From NCBI GenBank assembly GCA_040220235.1, contig JAVJTO010000095.1: a stretch of DNA of 64,000 nt; one strand, written 5' to 3'. The DNA comes from Coleofasciculus sp. B1-GNL1-01. GTDB lineage: Bacteria; Cyanobacteriota; Cyanobacteriia; Cyanobacteriales; Coleofasciculaceae. The position numbers and the translations under genes are program-made. This document shows, in pieces, positions 11,377 to 23,719 of the stretch; the first letter of the stretch is position 1; every line of letters begins with the position of its first letter. A model generated the notes under the pieces. The model was not told the DNA's origin. It saw nothing but the letters and a program-made list of their open reading frames with translations, and did no database searches.

Positions 11377-11410
11377 GTTTCAAAACCGTCATGGCATGAT
11401 ACCGGAAACC

Positions 11411-11606
11411 GTAGGGGCGCACCGACGTGCGCCCGATTCAATGGTCAAATCTAATCCACAATGTTAGCTGTGCCACGCCGCCATCGTGCGTTAGCGCAGC
11501 TTAACGCACCGAAATATTGCCATACCGAACCGCAACATGGTGCGTTACGGCGCTTATGTATTGAGATAATCAAAGTTAATCCTCCAATGCGCCTAACGCA
11601 CCCTAC
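11411..11606. repeat. Cluster of GTAG-type REP hairpins
   Basis: GTAGGGGCGCAC..GTGCGCCC and GGTGCGTTA..TAACGCACCCTAC; related copies near 2282, 14229, 19346-19436, 24567, 47611-47671, 49859 and 50684-50860. Confidence 0.75.
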
Positions 11607-11872
11607 GAATACTACCAACGAACGGGCGTTACGGCGATCGCACTCCTTAAGCAACCTGAATTTAGCATCATTTCGATGCAATCTGAACAACTGAACCCTC
11701 CCATCCAGCCGAAAAAGATGTCAAAATTCCTCTAAAGTGAGACGCTTGTTGGTCAATGCCTCTCTAAGATAGGGAGTAAAGTGGAAAAGACTACCATGCC
11801 AGGATTGGTATCAGGGCTTCTTGACGATGTACCCTCGCTTACCAACAGCGTGACCGATAAGGAGGAAAGAAT

Positions 11873-12937
11873 ATGGCAGATGTCGAGCGGTCTCTAGTGG
11901 AAGAGCATTCTCTGGATCGGGATTGTACCACGCTATCCCGTCACGTTCTGCAACAACTGAAGAGTTTTAGTGCTGACGCCCAAGATCTCAGTGCCTTAAT
12001 GAATCGTATAGCCTTAGCCGCCAAAATTATTTCCCGACGGTTGAGTCGCGCTGATTTGGTCGAAGGTGCGTTGGGATTTACCGGGAATGTGAATGTGCAG
12101 GGCGAATCCGTCAAAAAGATGGATGCTTATGCTAATGATGTATTTATCTCGGTGTTTAAACAAAGTGGACTCGTTTGCCGCTTGGCATCCGAGGAAATGG
12201 AAAAACCCTACTACATTCCCGAAAACTGCCCGATTGGTCGGTATTCCCTGATCTATGATCCGATTGACGGCTCCTCGAATGTTGATATTAACTTGAATAT
12301 CGGCTCAATTTTTGCAATTCGTCGGCAACAAGGCGAAGATATGGACGGCGAAGCCACGGATCTGTTGCAGGATGGACACCAACAAATCGCGGCTGGATAC
12401 GTGATCTATGGACCGAGTACAATGCTGGTTTACTCCATTGGCACGGGGGTTCATGCGTTTACCCTTGATCCCAGCTTGGGTGAGTTTATTCTGTCCCAGG
12501 AAAACATGCAAGTGCCGGAGCATGGACCGGTTTATAGTGTCAATGAAGGGAACTTCTGGCAATGGGATGAATCGATTCGCGACTATATTCGCTACGTCCA
12601 TCGCCATGAAGGGTATACGGCTCGCTATAGTGGAGCTTTAGTGGGAGACTTCCATCGCATCTTGTGTCAAGGGGGCGTATTCATTTATCCCGGTACCGTG
12701 AAAAAACCGGAAGGGAAGCTGCGTCTACTCTATGAAACCGCACCCTTAGCCTTTTTAATAGAACAAGCTGGGGGTCGAGCCAGTACCGGTACCGAAAACC
12801 TGATGGATGTGGTGCCAGAAAAACTCCATACGCGCACACCATTGGTTATCGGGAGTAAAGAGGATGTGGCGTTAGTGGAGTCCTTTATTCAAGAACGAGC
12901 GCGAGAATCCAAAGAAGCGATCGCGTCTCGTTCTTAG
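11873..12937 (+). CDS. fbp: Class 1 fructose-1,6-bisphosphatase
   Basis: [17 protein letters not shown] and GKLRLLYE motifs; AGGAGG RBS upstream. Confidence 0.96.
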   Translation: MADVERSLVEEHSLDRDCTTLSRHVLQQLKSFSADAQDLSALMNRIALAAKIISRRLSRADLVEGALGFTGNVNVQGESVKKMDAYANDVFISVFKQSGLVCRLASEEMEKPYYIPENCPIGRYSLIYDPIDGSSNVDINLNIGSIFAIRRQQGEDMDGEATDLLQDGHQQIAAGYVIYGPSTMLVYSIGTGVHAFTLDPSLGEFILSQENMQVPEHGPVYSVNEGNFWQWDESIRDYIRYVHRHEGYTARYSGALVGDFHRILCQGGVFIYPGTVKKPEGKLRLLYETAPLAFLIEQAGGRASTGTENLMDVVPEKLHTRTPLVIGSKEDVALVESFIQERARESKEAIASRS

Positions 12938-13039
12938 CCTAGTATCAATCGTAACGAATGATTCAGGGTTCCTTTACCCAGGGACATGCCCTTGAATCCA
13001 GACGAATAGTAATCTATACCCTAACTTAGGAGTTTAAGC

Positions 13040-14197
13040 ATGACAGCAACAGCCAATAATCCTATCTTCCAAATCGAAAACAATTACGGTCAGAGTATCT
13101 GGATGGATAATCTTAGCCGTACTATTATCGAATCCGGTGAACTTAAGCAGTTAATTGAAAGTCGCGGCGTTCACGGGATTACCTCCAACCCAGCGATTTT
13201 TGAAAAAGCGATCGCTGGGAATGCCATTTACGACGCCGATATCGAAGCTGGGATTAAGGCAAAAAAATCGGTGCAGGAGATTTATGAATCCCTAATCTTT
13301 GACGATATTCGCAATGCTTGTGATATTCTCAAGCCGATTTATGACCAAACGGATGGACTTGATGGTTACGTCAGTATCGAAGTTCCTCCTACCATCGCCA
13401 AAGATACCGAAAGCACGATTAATGAAGCCCGTCGGTATTACCAAGAGATTGGTCGGGAAAATGTAATGATTAAAATTCCCGGCACTTCTGAAGGCTTACC
13501 TGCGTTTGAACAAGTGATTAGTGAAGGGATTAACGTCAATGTTACCTTACTCTTCTCGGTACAAAGTTACGTGGACACCATTTGGGCGTATATCCGAGGC
13601 TTAGAAAAACGGGCAGAAAAAGGAGAAGACATTAGCAAGATAGCCTCGGTTGCCAGTTTCTTCCTCAGCCGGATTGACAGTAAGATTGACGATCGCATTG
13701 ACGAAAAACTCCATGCTGGGGTTGACCGGATCGAGAAAGATGCAAAGCTGGAAGATGTTAAAGGCAAAGTCGCGATCGCCAATGCCAAAATCGCTTATCA
13801 GAAGTTCAAAGAGATTATCCAAAGCGATCGCTGGAAAGCCTTATCTGCTAAAGGTGCAAATGTACAACGCCTTCTGTGGGCAAGTACCAGCACCAAAAAT
13901 CCCGACTACAGCGATGTCATGTACGTGGATGAGTTGATCGGTCCAAACACTGTCAACACCCTACCACCGAATACTATCGAAGCCTGTGCCGATCACTGTT
14001 CTCCGGACAATCGAATTGAAACCGGGGTTCAAGAAGCCTATCAGTTAATGGAAAACCTCAAAGATCCCGATATCGCGATCGATCTGGATCAAGTGATGGA
14101 TGAACTACTTGAGGAAGGCATTGACAAATTTGTCAAGCCCTTTGAGTCCTTAATGTCCTCCCTGGATAGCAAAGTCAAAGACTTGGCAACGGTATAG
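13040..14197 (+). CDS. tal: Transaldolase (type 2)
   Basis: GITSNPAIF, NVMIKIPGT, NVTLLFS and RLLWASTSTK motifs; AGGAG RBS. Confidence 0.96.
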   Translation: MTATANNPIFQIENNYGQSIWMDNLSRTIIESGELKQLIESRGVHGITSNPAIFEKAIAGNAIYDADIEAGIKAKKSVQEIYESLIFDDIRNACDILKPIYDQTDGLDGYVSIEVPPTIAKDTESTINEARRYYQEIGRENVMIKIPGTSEGLPAFEQVISEGINVNVTLLFSVQSYVDTIWAYIRGLEKRAEKGEDISKIASVASFFLSRIDSKIDDRIDEKLHAGVDRIEKDAKLEDVKGKVAIANAKIAYQKFKEIIQSDRWKALSAKGANVQRLLWASTSTKNPDYSDVMYVDELIGPNTVNTLPPNTIEACADHCSPDNRIETGVQEAYQLMENLKDPDIAIDLDQVMDELLEEGIDKFVKPFESLMSSLDSKVKDLATV

Positions 14198-14446
14198 CGA
14201 TACCTTAAGGCGTGAGGTATACCCTACTGTAGGGGCGCAAGCCTTGCGCCCTCACCGGGGTAGCGTGTGAAACGGGAAATTGCCGATGAGCCGTGTAAAC
14301 AAATAACCCATGGTATAAACTTGGTCGGGGCGGGTTGAGTCACATCCGGGTGAGGTCTAGAAACGAGATATAGTAAAACCTGCCCCTACACACTCAAAAC
14401 CCAAGACGCGCCATGGCGCGTCTCTACACTCAACTCAAAACTCGAA

Positions 14447-15976
14447 ATGGTGACATTTACAGAAAATCCCCTGCGCGTTGGTTTACAACAGGAACGGAGT
14501 CCAGAACCGCTGATCTTAGTGATTTTTGGTGCATCTGGAGACCTGACCCAACGTAAGCTAGTTCCCTCCCTGTATCAGCTTAAACGCCAACGACGGCTTC
14601 CCGCAGAAATAACGATTGTTGGGGTAGCTCGTCGCGAATGGAGTCATGACTATTTTCGCGAACAGATGCGGGAAGGGATTGAGGAGTTTTCTGACGGAAT
14701 TCACTCCGAAGACTTATGGAATGATTTTGCCGAAGGGCTATTCTATTGTCCCGGCAATATCGATAAACCAGAAAGCTATCAGAAATTGAAAGCATTTTTG
14801 GCAGAACTGGATGGTAAACGAGGAACCCGGGGAAATCGAGTATTTTACCTCGCCGTAGCACCCAAGTTTTTCCCTGAAGCTATCCGCCAACTGGGAACAG
14901 CCGGAATGCTGGATGATCCGATGAAGCATCGCCTGGTGATTGAAAAACCCTTTGGTCGAGATTTGAGTTCAGCGCAAATTCTCAACCGCGTCGTGCAGCA
15001 AGTGTGTCGTGAGGAACAGGTTTATCGCATTGATCACTACTTGGGCAAAGAAACCGTTCAGAACCTGCTAGTCTTCCGCTTTGCTAACGCCATCTTTGAA
15101 CCCCTGTGGAATCGCCAGTTTGTGGATCACGTTCAGATTACCGTAGCCGAAACCGTGGGCGTCGAAGATCGAGCAGGTTACTATGAAACATCGGGTGCGC
15201 TGCGGGATATGGTGCAGAACCATTTGATGCAACTCTTTTGCTTAACCGCAATGGAGCCACCCAATTCCCTCGATGCAGATAGTATCCGGACTGAAAAAGT
15301 AAAAGTAGTTCAGGCAACACATTTAGCCGATATTAATAATTTAGAATGTTCAGCGGTTCGCGGTCAGTACAAGGCAGGCTGGATGAAAGGAGAGCCAGTA
15401 CCAGGCTATCGAGAAGAAGAAGGCATTGATCCCAAGTCGATCACACCTACTTACGTGGCGATGAAACTCATGATCGATAACTGGCGTTGGCAAGGTGTTC
15501 CCTTCTACCTGCGAACTGGGAAGCGGTTACCGAAGAAAATCAGTGAGATTGCGATTCAGTTTCGCGATGTCCCCTTACTGATTTTCCAATCCGCCGCCCA
15601 ACAAACTACTCCCAACGTGCTAACCATGCGAATTCAACCCAATGAAGGCATTTCCCTACGATTTGAGGCGAAAATGCCGGGTCCCCAGCTTCGTACTCGC
15701 ACCGTGGATATGGATTTTAGCTATGGCTCATCCTTTGGTATGGCAACATCTGATGCCTACAATCGATTATTACTCGATTGTATGTTGGGAGATCAAACGC
15801 TATTTACCCGCGCAGATGAAGTGGAAGAAGCATGGCGGGTGATCACCCCAGCCTTATCCGCTTGGGAAGCGCCCACTGACCCCGACACGATTCCCCAATA
15901 CGAAGCCGGAACATGGGAACCCACAGAGGCGGAAAACCTGATTAATCGGGATGGACGACGCTGGCGTAGACCCTAG
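14447..15976 (+). CDS. zwf: Glucose-6-phosphate 1-dehydrogenase
   Basis: GASGDL, EKPFG and RIDHYLGKE motifs. Confidence 0.98.
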   Translation: MVTFTENPLRVGLQQERSPEPLILVIFGASGDLTQRKLVPSLYQLKRQRRLPAEITIVGVARREWSHDYFREQMREGIEEFSDGIHSEDLWNDFAEGLFYCPGNIDKPESYQKLKAFLAELDGKRGTRGNRVFYLAVAPKFFPEAIRQLGTAGMLDDPMKHRLVIEKPFGRDLSSAQILNRVVQQVCREEQVYRIDHYLGKETVQNLLVFRFANAIFEPLWNRQFVDHVQITVAETVGVEDRAGYYETSGALRDMVQNHLMQLFCLTAMEPPNSLDADSIRTEKVKVVQATHLADINNLECSAVRGQYKAGWMKGEPVPGYREEEGIDPKSITPTYVAMKLMIDNWRWQGVPFYLRTGKRLPKKISEIAIQFRDVPLLIFQSAAQQTTPNVLTMRIQPNEGISLRFEAKMPGPQLRTRTVDMDFSYGSSFGMATSDAYNRLLLDCMLGDQTLFTRADEVEEAWRVITPALSAWEAPTDPDTIPQYEAGTWEPTEAENLINRDGRRWRRP

Positions 15977-16119
15977 TTTTGGAGAGCAGAGGGAGCAGGG
16001 GGAGTAGGGGGAGGAGGGGGAGCAAGGGAAGCAGGGGAAGCAAGGGAAGCAGGGGAAGCAGGGGGAGTAGGGGCGGTTTTTACCAAGGTTTTCACTCGGA
16101 TGTCACTCAATAATCAGTG

Positions 16120-16224
16120 TATAGCAGTTCGCTCTGGTGTATTTACAACTCCCTTACCTGAAGCTGAGTCCAGATGAGATGTTCGTACAAACAAAGTGTA
16201 ACTAGACCAGCGCGAAGCGCTATA
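16120..16224. mobile_element. 105-bp MITE with TATAGC-type IRs between zwf and opcA
   Basis: TATAGCAGTTCGCTCTGGT ... ACCAGCGCGAAGCGCTATA. Confidence 0.65.
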
Positions 16225-16348
16225 ACTAACCTCTCACTTCCTTACCCCACTCTCTCCAATCAATCCGTGAAATCAGTGTTTTGACGAGTGACGAATGACG
16301 AATGACGAATGACGAATAACCAAAAACAAATAACGAAGGATAATAACG

Positions 16349-17716
16349 ATGGTACAATCTCCTCCAATCCTATCTCTACAATCACCTAAAGACGTTTCCT
16401 TAAGTGAAATTGAGGAAGAACTGCGTCATATCTGGCAAAACTACAGTACGGCAGATGACAACACGGATATTCCTAATGCTGTACGGGCAACTACTTTTAC
16501 GTTGGTGGTTTACGAACCTGAAGAAACTCAACTGCTTTTAAGTGCATTGGGATATTATTCGGGTCCCATTGACGGAATTATTGGACCGCGCATGTTTGCG
16601 GCGATCAAAGCTGCCCAGAAAACTTATGGATTGCCGAGAACAGGTAAGGCAGACGACAAAACTAAGGAAAAACTGCGCGAAGAGTATAATGAACGGCATC
16701 AGCAAGAGGTGAATGGGAATGGGGAAACCAGACGGCAACCCTATTCGGCTGATATAGAAGGTTCGGGAATTGCTGATGCGATCGCGGCGGCGAATCCTTG
16801 TCGAATTATCGCCCTGTGTCCGATTGTCGGTGAAGATGAAGGGGTAACGGCACAAGTTTCTGCCTCTTGTCCGATGCAAAAGCACAGTCAAAGTACCCTG
16901 GTTTGCTGTGAATACATTACCTTGAGTGGTACACCAGCAGCTTTAGAGCGCATCGGAGGTCTGATCTGTGAACTGATGATTAGTGATCTACCCCGATTTA
17001 TCTGGTGGAAAGGAAGCCCTGATCCAGATTATGGGTTGTTCAAACGACTGGCTGGAATTAGCAATAACGTGATTGTGGATTCTAGTGCCTTCCAAACACC
17101 CGAAGAGGGGTTGGCGCGACTAGAGGAGTTCATCACCCAGGACATCCCCATGGCTGATCTCAACTGGCAACGGTTAGCCTCATGGCAAGAATTGGCGGCT
17201 GAGGCATTTGATCCGCCAGAACGCCGCTCTGCGCTCAAAGAGGTTGACCAAGTTACCATCGATTATGAACAAGGTAATCCTACTCAAGCGTTAATGTTTC
17301 TGGGGTGGTTAGCCTCTCGCCTTCAGTGGCGTCCGGTTTCCTACGAGAAAGAGGGTGGAGAATATGATATCCGACGGGTTAAATTTACGACTCCTGAACA
17401 TCGCCCAGTCGAAGCTGAATTAGCTGGGATTCCTACGGCTGATGTGGGAGAAGTGCCGGGAGATTTGATTAGCCTGCGCTTGGGTTCAACAAACATGGAT
17501 GCAGACTGCTGCACTGTGTTGTGTTCCCAAACCACGGGTTGTATGCGGATGGAGGCACATGGCGGAGCGCAAGCGTGCCGGATTCAGCAGGTTACGCCGA
17601 TGTTTGACCAAAAAACGGAGCAGTTGTTGAGTCAGCAGTTGCAGCGTTGGAGTCGCGATTTGCTCTATGAAGAAAGTCTGGCGGTGACTGGGCAGATCAT
17701 GAAAGCCAAGAGTTAG
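16349..17716 (+). CDS. opcA: G6PDH assembly/allosteric effector OpcA
   Basis: Downstream of zwf; PKDVSL..IE.EL..IW, CCEYITL and DLNW.RL motifs; peptidoglycan-binding-like insert typical of cyanobacterial OpcA. Confidence 0.95.
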   Translation: MVQSPPILSLQSPKDVSLSEIEEELRHIWQNYSTADDNTDIPNAVRATTFTLVVYEPEETQLLLSALGYYSGPIDGIIGPRMFAAIKAAQKTYGLPRTGKADDKTKEKLREEYNERHQQEVNGNGETRRQPYSADIEGSGIADAIAAANPCRIIALCPIVGEDEGVTAQVSASCPMQKHSQSTLVCCEYITLSGTPAALERIGGLICELMISDLPRFIWWKGSPDPDYGLFKRLAGISNNVIVDSSAFQTPEEGLARLEEFITQDIPMADLNWQRLASWQELAAEAFDPPERRSALKEVDQVTIDYEQGNPTQALMFLGWLASRLQWRPVSYEKEGGEYDIRRVKFTTPEHRPVEAELAGIPTADVGEVPGDLISLRLGSTNMDADCCTVLCSQTTGCMRMEAHGGAQACRIQQVTPMFDQKTEQLLSQQLQRWSRDLLYEESLAVTGQIMKAKS

Positions 17717-17880
17717 GGATTCGGTGATGGGGGAGTTATCAGTGAACAGTTATCAGTGAGCAGTTATCAGTTATCAGGAGTAGGGGGAGATGGGGAAGAT
17801 GGGGAAGAATTTACAAATGACAAATGACAAATGACGAATGACGAACTTCACCGTTCACGGTTAATGGTGTCCACCTACTT

Positions 17881-19248
17881 ATGGCTTTAATTATTGCTGG
17901 TGAACGGAGTGGGGTAGGCAAAACAACGGTGACACTTGCCCTACTTTCGTGTTTATCGCGGCGGTATAGCCGAGTGCAATCGTTTAAAGTGGGTCCAGAT
18001 TACATTGACCCGATGTTTCATCAACGGGTAACGGGACGTCCCTGTCGCAATTTAGATCCGGTGTTAACGTCGGAAACTTATGTTCAAGCCTGTTTTAAGC
18101 GTCATCTGAATGGGGTAGACTATGCTCTGATTGAAGGGGTGATGGGGTTGTTTGATGGGGCATCAGGACGCGATGATGTTGCCAGTACAGCGCATATTGC
18201 CCGACTGTTAAATGTTCCGGTGCTGTTGGTTTTAGATTGTAGTCGCTTATCCCGTTCCGTCGCCGCGATCGCACAGGGGTATCGTTGCTTTGATCAGAGC
18301 ATCCAAGTGGCTGGGGTGGTGTTGAATCGAGTGGGGAGCGATCGCCATTTAGAATTGCTTCAAGATGCCCTAGAACCCCTACAATTACCTATACTCGGTG
18401 TACTCCGGCGTCAGGATAGTTTAACCATTCCCGATCGCCATCTGGGATTAGTTCCCACCGATGAACTGACATTTCTGGATCAGCTAATTGATCAACTGGC
18501 TGATATTGGCGAAACCTGCTTTAACTGGGAGCGTTTGTTGCCTTTGTTGAGGGCAGAAATTCACGATTTAACCGTCACCAATCAACCGTTAAATACCTCT
18601 GTAACTCAATCCGTTACCCGAATTGCCATCGCTCGCGATCGCGCCTTTAGTTTCTACTATCAAGATAATCTGGATGTATTGCAACAGTTGGGAGCGGAAT
18701 TAGTTCCCTGGAGTCCCCTAGCGGATACCACGTTACCAGAAGGCGTGCAGGGACTTTTTTTTGGTGGGGGATTCCCCGAAGTGTTTGCTCAGGAATTGGC
18801 ACATAATATCGAGGCGCGTCAGGCGGTATTGAATGCCATTGTTCAGGGAATGCCTACCTATGCTGAATGTGGTGGGTTAATGTATTTATGTCAACAGGTG
18901 ACAGATTTTGAGGAAAAATGTTGGTCGATGGTAGGGATATTGCCCACAAAGGCGGTAATGGGCAAACGTTTAACCCTGGGATATCGTCAAGCAACGGCAT
19001 TACAACATACGCCATTGGTATTAGTGGGTGAAAGGGTTTGGGGACATGAATTTCATCGTTCCCAGTTAACAGCAAGTCCTGAACATCCTTTGTTTGAAAC
19101 AAGAGGTTTTGATCCGAAGGGAAAAGTTGGAATTGAGGGGTGGCGAATGCATCAATTACATGCGTCCTATATTCATCTGCATTGGGGTGGAACAGCAGAT
19201 ATTCCTCAGCGTTTTTTGAAATGTTGTCAACAATTTAATCCAAATTAA
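17881..19248 (+). CDS. cobB: Cobyrinate a,c-diamide synthase
   Basis: SGVGKTT, FKVGPDYIDP, EGVMGLFDG, YAECGG and GHEFH motifs. Confidence 0.95.
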   Translation: MALIIAGERSGVGKTTVTLALLSCLSRRYSRVQSFKVGPDYIDPMFHQRVTGRPCRNLDPVLTSETYVQACFKRHLNGVDYALIEGVMGLFDGASGRDDVASTAHIARLLNVPVLLVLDCSRLSRSVAAIAQGYRCFDQSIQVAGVVLNRVGSDRHLELLQDALEPLQLPILGVLRRQDSLTIPDRHLGLVPTDELTFLDQLIDQLADIGETCFNWERLLPLLRAEIHDLTVTNQPLNTSVTQSVTRIAIARDRAFSFYYQDNLDVLQQLGAELVPWSPLADTTLPEGVQGLFFGGGFPEVFAQELAHNIEARQAVLNAIVQGMPTYAECGGLMYLCQQVTDFEEKCWSMVGILPTKAVMGKRLTLGYRQATALQHTPLVLVGERVWGHEFHRSQLTASPEHPLFETRGFDPKGKVGIEGWRMHQLHASYIHLHWGGTADIPQRFLKCCQQFNPN

Positions 19249-19459
19249 GTAGGTGGGGACAATTAAAGATCGTCATTCGTCATTTGTCATTTGTCATTCG
19301 TCATACTCGCTTCGCCAGAAGCAAGCTACGTCCTTTGTTAAAAGTAACGCACCATATACCTGAGAACGGTGCGTTACGGCGCAAAAGCGCAAATTATTCG
19401 TGATGTTAATCCAAGTAAGCGCCTAACGCACCCTACGACTGATTCGGTGTAGGAGGATG

Positions 19460-21145
19460 TCACCGATTATAGGAAACCGTTGCTACCGATGGTTCCTTAA
19501 TTTGAGGAACTACGACGTTCTGAGCATAAATCTGGGGCTTATCTTGGGCGACTTGGAAATACGCTTCCCGTAGCTGCGTGTTAACCGCTACTGTCTTGGC
19601 ATCATAAAGCTGGGTGGCGAGTTTGGGATAGAATCCAATCCCTAGAATCAGCACTAAAAAGCAAGCCGCAATAAACACTTCCCGTGGTTGAGCATCGGTG
19701 TAAACGGCATTAGCGGGTAACACACAATCCGTGCCAAAACAAACCGCGCCTTCTTCATCCTTATTCTCGAAGTTAGCATTATCAAGTTCACAGGCTGGTG
19801 CAACGCCTGCTCCGTAAAATACTTGTCTGAGTAGAGAGAGAAGATAGATGGGTGTGAGAATCAGTCCCAATGCTGAGAGAAAGACTGTTACTGTGCGGAA
19901 GGTTGAACTATAAATATCGCTAGTTGTTACGCCAACAAAGACAGAGAGTTCACTGGCAAACCCACTCATCCCCGGAAGGGCGACTGATGCCATCGCAGCA
20001 GCAGTAAACAGGGCGAATACTTTGGGCATAACCTGACCAATACCCCCCATATTATTTAAGGCTAAGGTGTGGGTGCGATCATAAGTAACTCCAGCCAGGA
20101 AGAATAGCACGGCGGCAATTAAACCGTGGGAAATCATTTGCAGCATTGCGCCACTGATGCCTAAATCCGTGAATGAGGCTATCCCTAATAGGACAAACCC
20201 CATGTGAGAGACTGAGGAAAAGGCAAGACGACGCTTCATATTCGGCTGGGCAAAGGAGTTGAGTCCGCCATAGATAATGTTGATCACCCCTAGCATCGCC
20301 AGAATTGGGGCAAAGTAAACGTGAGCATCGGAGAGTATCTCTAGATTCAGGCGAATTAATCCATATCCGCCCATTTTCAGGAGTACCCCGGCTAAAATCA
20401 TCGAGACAGGCGCAGAGGCTTCACCATGAGCATCAGGAAGCCAGGTGTGTAAGGGGAAAACCGCTAATTTAACCCCAAAGGCAATTAATAATCCGGCATA
20501 CAGCAACAGTTCTAACGCCAAGGGGTAATCCTTGATGCCGAGTTCCACCATATCGAAGCTAATTGTACCTTCGCCATAGAGTGCCATGGCTAACCCAGCT
20601 ACCAAAATAAATATAGAGGCGGCGGCAGTATAGAGTAAGAATTTGGTCGCGGCGTATTGACGCTTCTGTCCTCCCCAAATCGAGACGAGGAGATAAACGG
20701 GAACCAGTTCCAGTTCCCACATAATAAATAGGAGCAGAATGTCTTGGGCGATGAAGACGCCAATTTGTGCCGAATACAGCACCAGCATCAGAAAGTAGAA
20801 GAGGCGAGGCTTGTGGTCAACTTGCCAAGCGGCGAAAATGGAGAGCGTTGTCACTAATCCAGCTAGAAGTACCAGGGGAAGTGACAGTCCATCCACAGAC
20901 ACTGCCCAACTGAGACCTAATTGAGGTATCCAGGTATACTTTTCGGTGAGTTGGAATGTGGCGCTGCTGGAATCGTAATTCTGCCAAAAGGCGTAAACCA
21001 TCAACAGAAAATCCGCGATCGCGACACCTAGGGCGTACCATCGCACTGTCTTACCCTTCTTATCTGGCAGGAAGGGAATGGCAAGAGAGGCGACGAGTGG
21101 TAATAGGACGATCGCACTCAGCCAGGGAAATGAATCGGCTATCAT
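19460..21145 (-). CDS. ndhD: NAD(P)H-quinone oxidoreductase subunit 4 (NdhD2-like)
   Basis: [29 protein letters not shown] and LPGMSGF motifs; polytopic membrane protein. Confidence 0.94.
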   Translation of the reverse strand: MIADSFPWLSAIVLLPLVASLAIPFLPDKKGKTVRWYALGVAIADFLLMVYAFWQNYDSSSATFQLTEKYTWIPQLGLSWAVSVDGLSLPLVLLAGLVTTLSIFAAWQVDHKPRLFYFLMLVLYSAQIGVFIAQDILLLFIMWELELVPVYLLVSIWGGQKRQYAATKFLLYTAAASIFILVAGLAMALYGEGTISFDMVELGIKDYPLALELLLYAGLLIAFGVKLAVFPLHTWLPDAHGEASAPVSMILAGVLLKMGGYGLIRLNLEILSDAHVYFAPILAMLGVINIIYGGLNSFAQPNMKRRLAFSSVSHMGFVLLGIASFTDLGISGAMLQMISHGLIAAVLFFLAGVTYDRTHTLALNNMGGIGQVMPKVFALFTAAAMASVALPGMSGFASELSVFVGVTTSDIYSSTFRTVTVFLSALGLILTPIYLLSLLRQVFYGAGVAPACELDNANFENKDEEGAVCFGTDCVLPANAVYTDAQPREVFIAACFLVLILGIGFYPKLATQLYDAKTVAVNTQLREAYFQVAQDKPQIYAQNVVVPQIKEPSVATVSYNR

Positions 21146-21321
21146 AAACGATGAGAAAAAATACTTAGTTAACAGATGATGTTATTTTACTAAGCTTTGT
21201 AACATTTTTCTCATAAATATTTATCTTGGATCACTATAGGGTATCCCCGTAGAGGATGTAGACCACCGTTTTCATAGTTTTGGGGCGGGGAGAGAAAGAA
21301 TCTACATTGGGTAATCACAGC

Positions 21322-21898
21322 ATGTCCCACAACCACCATCACCATCACCATCACGACCACCACGCCTTCAACTACAATCGCGCTTTTGCCATTGGTCTGA
21401 TTCTCAATGGCGGGTTCGTCGTGGTTGAAGCGGCTTCGGGTATTGTCTACAATTCCCTAGCATTACTGGCGGATGCGGGTCACAATCTCAGTGATGTCTT
21501 GGGCTTGGTTCTGGCTTGGGGAGCGAGTATGTTGTCCCAACATTCTCCAACGAAGCGCTATACCTACGGCTTCCGTCGTTCCTCGATTTTGGCAGCTCTT
21601 TTAAATGCTACCCTGGTTCTCATGGCTATGGGTGTGGTGGCGTGGGAAGCGGTGAGAAAGTTCGTTAATCCTCAATCTGTACCCGGTGGTGTTGTGATTG
21701 GGGTTGCCTTGGTTGGGGTGGTGATTAATACCATTACCGCACTTTTGTTCATGTCAGGTCGTAAAGAGGATATGAACATTCGCGGTGCATTTCTGCACAT
21801 GGCGGCGGATGCGCTGGTTTCTGTGGGGGTAGTGCTGGCGGGTATTGCGATCGCGGTGACAGGGTGGCTATGGTTTGACCCGGCTGTCAGTTTAATTA
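21322..21898 (+). pseudogene. CDF-family (CzcD/ZitB-like) cation efflux transporter, 3'-truncated by IS
   Basis: His-rich N-terminus; ALLADAGHNLSD and GAFLHMAAD motifs; breaks in TM6 at the IS terminus; C-terminal domain absent. Confidence 0.88.
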
Positions 21899-23575
21899 GG
21901 GTCTGCTGAATAAGTCGGAAAAACACAACTGATGGATTAAGTAGTTATATAATACGACAGTAAATATGAGCATTTATTGTTAACAATTCGGCTAATGATA
22001 AGCTTTGATAATAAAATGACTCCGAAAAAGACCTGATTGTTTTTGAAACATAAAAAAAGACAAAAAACCTGCCTGAGCAGGGCAGACAGATTCATGACGA
22101 GAAAAGTAATAGCAATGGCTGTTTCTGAAGTATGAGGCAGTTTAGCCATGACGCGACTTAAACTGTATCCACGTTTTGAGATACCAAATTTTCCTTCAAT
22201 ATTATTGCGAATTCTCTCGTCTTCTTGAGCTTGTTTCTTTAATTCTTGACTGACATTGGCTTTTGGTCTTCCTAAGGGCGGTCTACTGATTCTAATTCCT
22301 TTTTCTTTGCAGAAGGAACCCGTTGGCTCGACTGCGATAGATTTTATCTACATGAACTGATTCTGGATAGGTTCCTGTGTAGTTATAATAAGCTTCTATT
22401 TGAGCTTTGAAATCTGCCGATTCATTAAAGTTATCCCAACTGACACGGTCTAAAAACACGTATCCATCTCTTACACTTGCCGATATTTTAGCTCCAAATT
22501 CTACGGGAACTCCCGCTTTGCCTCTAACTATTGGACGGATATGAGGTTGACTTAAACTTACTATTCTATGCTCAATTCTATGAACTTTATTATTATACAT
22601 CCATTCTTGCTGACGGTAGACTTCGCTAACCACCAACAGGCTCTTATAGTCAGTAAGAATCAACGCCTCAAGACTAGACCCTGCCTTGATTAGCTCGTCT
22701 ATACTTCCCAAGTTTCTCTTTATGTATTGTAGTTGTTTTTTTATGGCTTTTCTTATTTCTTTCCTTGTTTGTTTCTTTTTATTAGCTACTTTCAAGTATT
22801 CCTTTCTGGCTCGGTTTCTATAGCTTTTGGGTTTTTTCTCTATTTGACCCGGACGGGACTCATATAAACTGTCTATTATTTTTTCTGTTTTTATCCCAAT
22901 GATTTAATATCCCTAAATCATTGGGATAACTTATATCTCCTGGCACGCAACTTGCATCTAATATTAATTTCCCTTTATTCGCTGACCCGCTTTTTGAAAG
23001 CTTTTCTGTTTCTGGACTTTTTTTTTCGGCTCTGACTGACTCTCTGCCTGAGGATGAATCACCATTCTTTCGTTTATTCGGTTGACTAGATTCACATTTA
23101 TCCTTTCCCGAAATCTTGCTAATAGTGATGGGTCATAAGGGGCTGAGCTGCTGTAATGGGTTTTTCCGATAAAATACTGTAAGTAAGGGTTCTCTTTGAT
23201 TTGTTCGACTGTCTCTCGATCACTTATCCCTAGTTTCTCTTTGATTATTAATGACCCCAAGGCTACCCTAAATGGTAGGGCTGGCGCACCCAATAAGCGA
23301 GAGAAATTTTGGGCATATTCCTCTTCAAATTCCTCCCAGGGTACTAAAGAAGCCATGATTACCCAACGATTATCCTGTGATAACTTTCACGCCATAGGGA
23401 GTTCAAAATCTTCGGCTTCCCTGGGGGCATTCTCAACTTTTCGGTACATCTACCTGACCTGATCATGATGCAAGGATTTTGAGCGATATTACCAGATTCA
23501 GGAGCACCAAGTCAACTGTCAATACGGCTCAAAGCATTGATGGGCTTTGCGGTTTCGACCTTGTGCAGCAAACCC
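21899..23575 (-). mobile_element. IS5-family insertion sequence, degenerate
   Basis: Imperfect terminal IRs GGGTCTGCTGAATAAG (21899) and CTTGTGCAGCAAACCC (ends 23575), TA on both flanks; transposase pieces ENPYLQYFIG, RPIVRGKAGVPVEFGAK and SETAIAITFLVMNL. Confidence 0.9.
21937..23449 (-). pseudogene. IS5 transposase with an early TGA and several frameshifts
   Basis: Start MYRKVEN at 23449, in-frame TGA after 20 codons; remainder split into ORFs 22964-23356, 22292-22795 and 21937-22149. Confidence 0.85.
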
Positions 23576-23576
23576 T

Positions 23577-23719
23577 AAATAAGGGTTGGGTGAGGGTATT
23601 GTACCATTGATAGAGTTGATTATCTCCCACCAGCGCAAATTTAGCAATTTTATTGATATATTGAATATCAAACTGTAAATCCTCAAAAATTGCGGGAATT
23701 TCCCATCCCTGGAAATTTT
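23577..23719 (-). pseudogene. Internal fragment of a SpoIIAA-like (STAS/SEC14) protein
   Basis: Manual translation NFQGWEIPAIFEDLQFDIQYINKIAKFALVGDNQLYQWYNTLTQPLF; no start or stop; bounded by two mobile-element ends. Confidence 0.6.

Noticed and set aside
11451..11694. Small ORFs on both strands
   Set aside because: Composed of REP palindromes, which tend to lack stops; no protein-like features.
16520..16670. Novel peptidoglycan-binding insert in OpcA
   Set aside because: A known feature of cyanobacterial OpcA proteins.
21170..21215. RpaB HLR1 or NtcA site upstream of ndhD
   Set aside because: Only one good GTTACAAA half-site; no GTA-N8-TAC.
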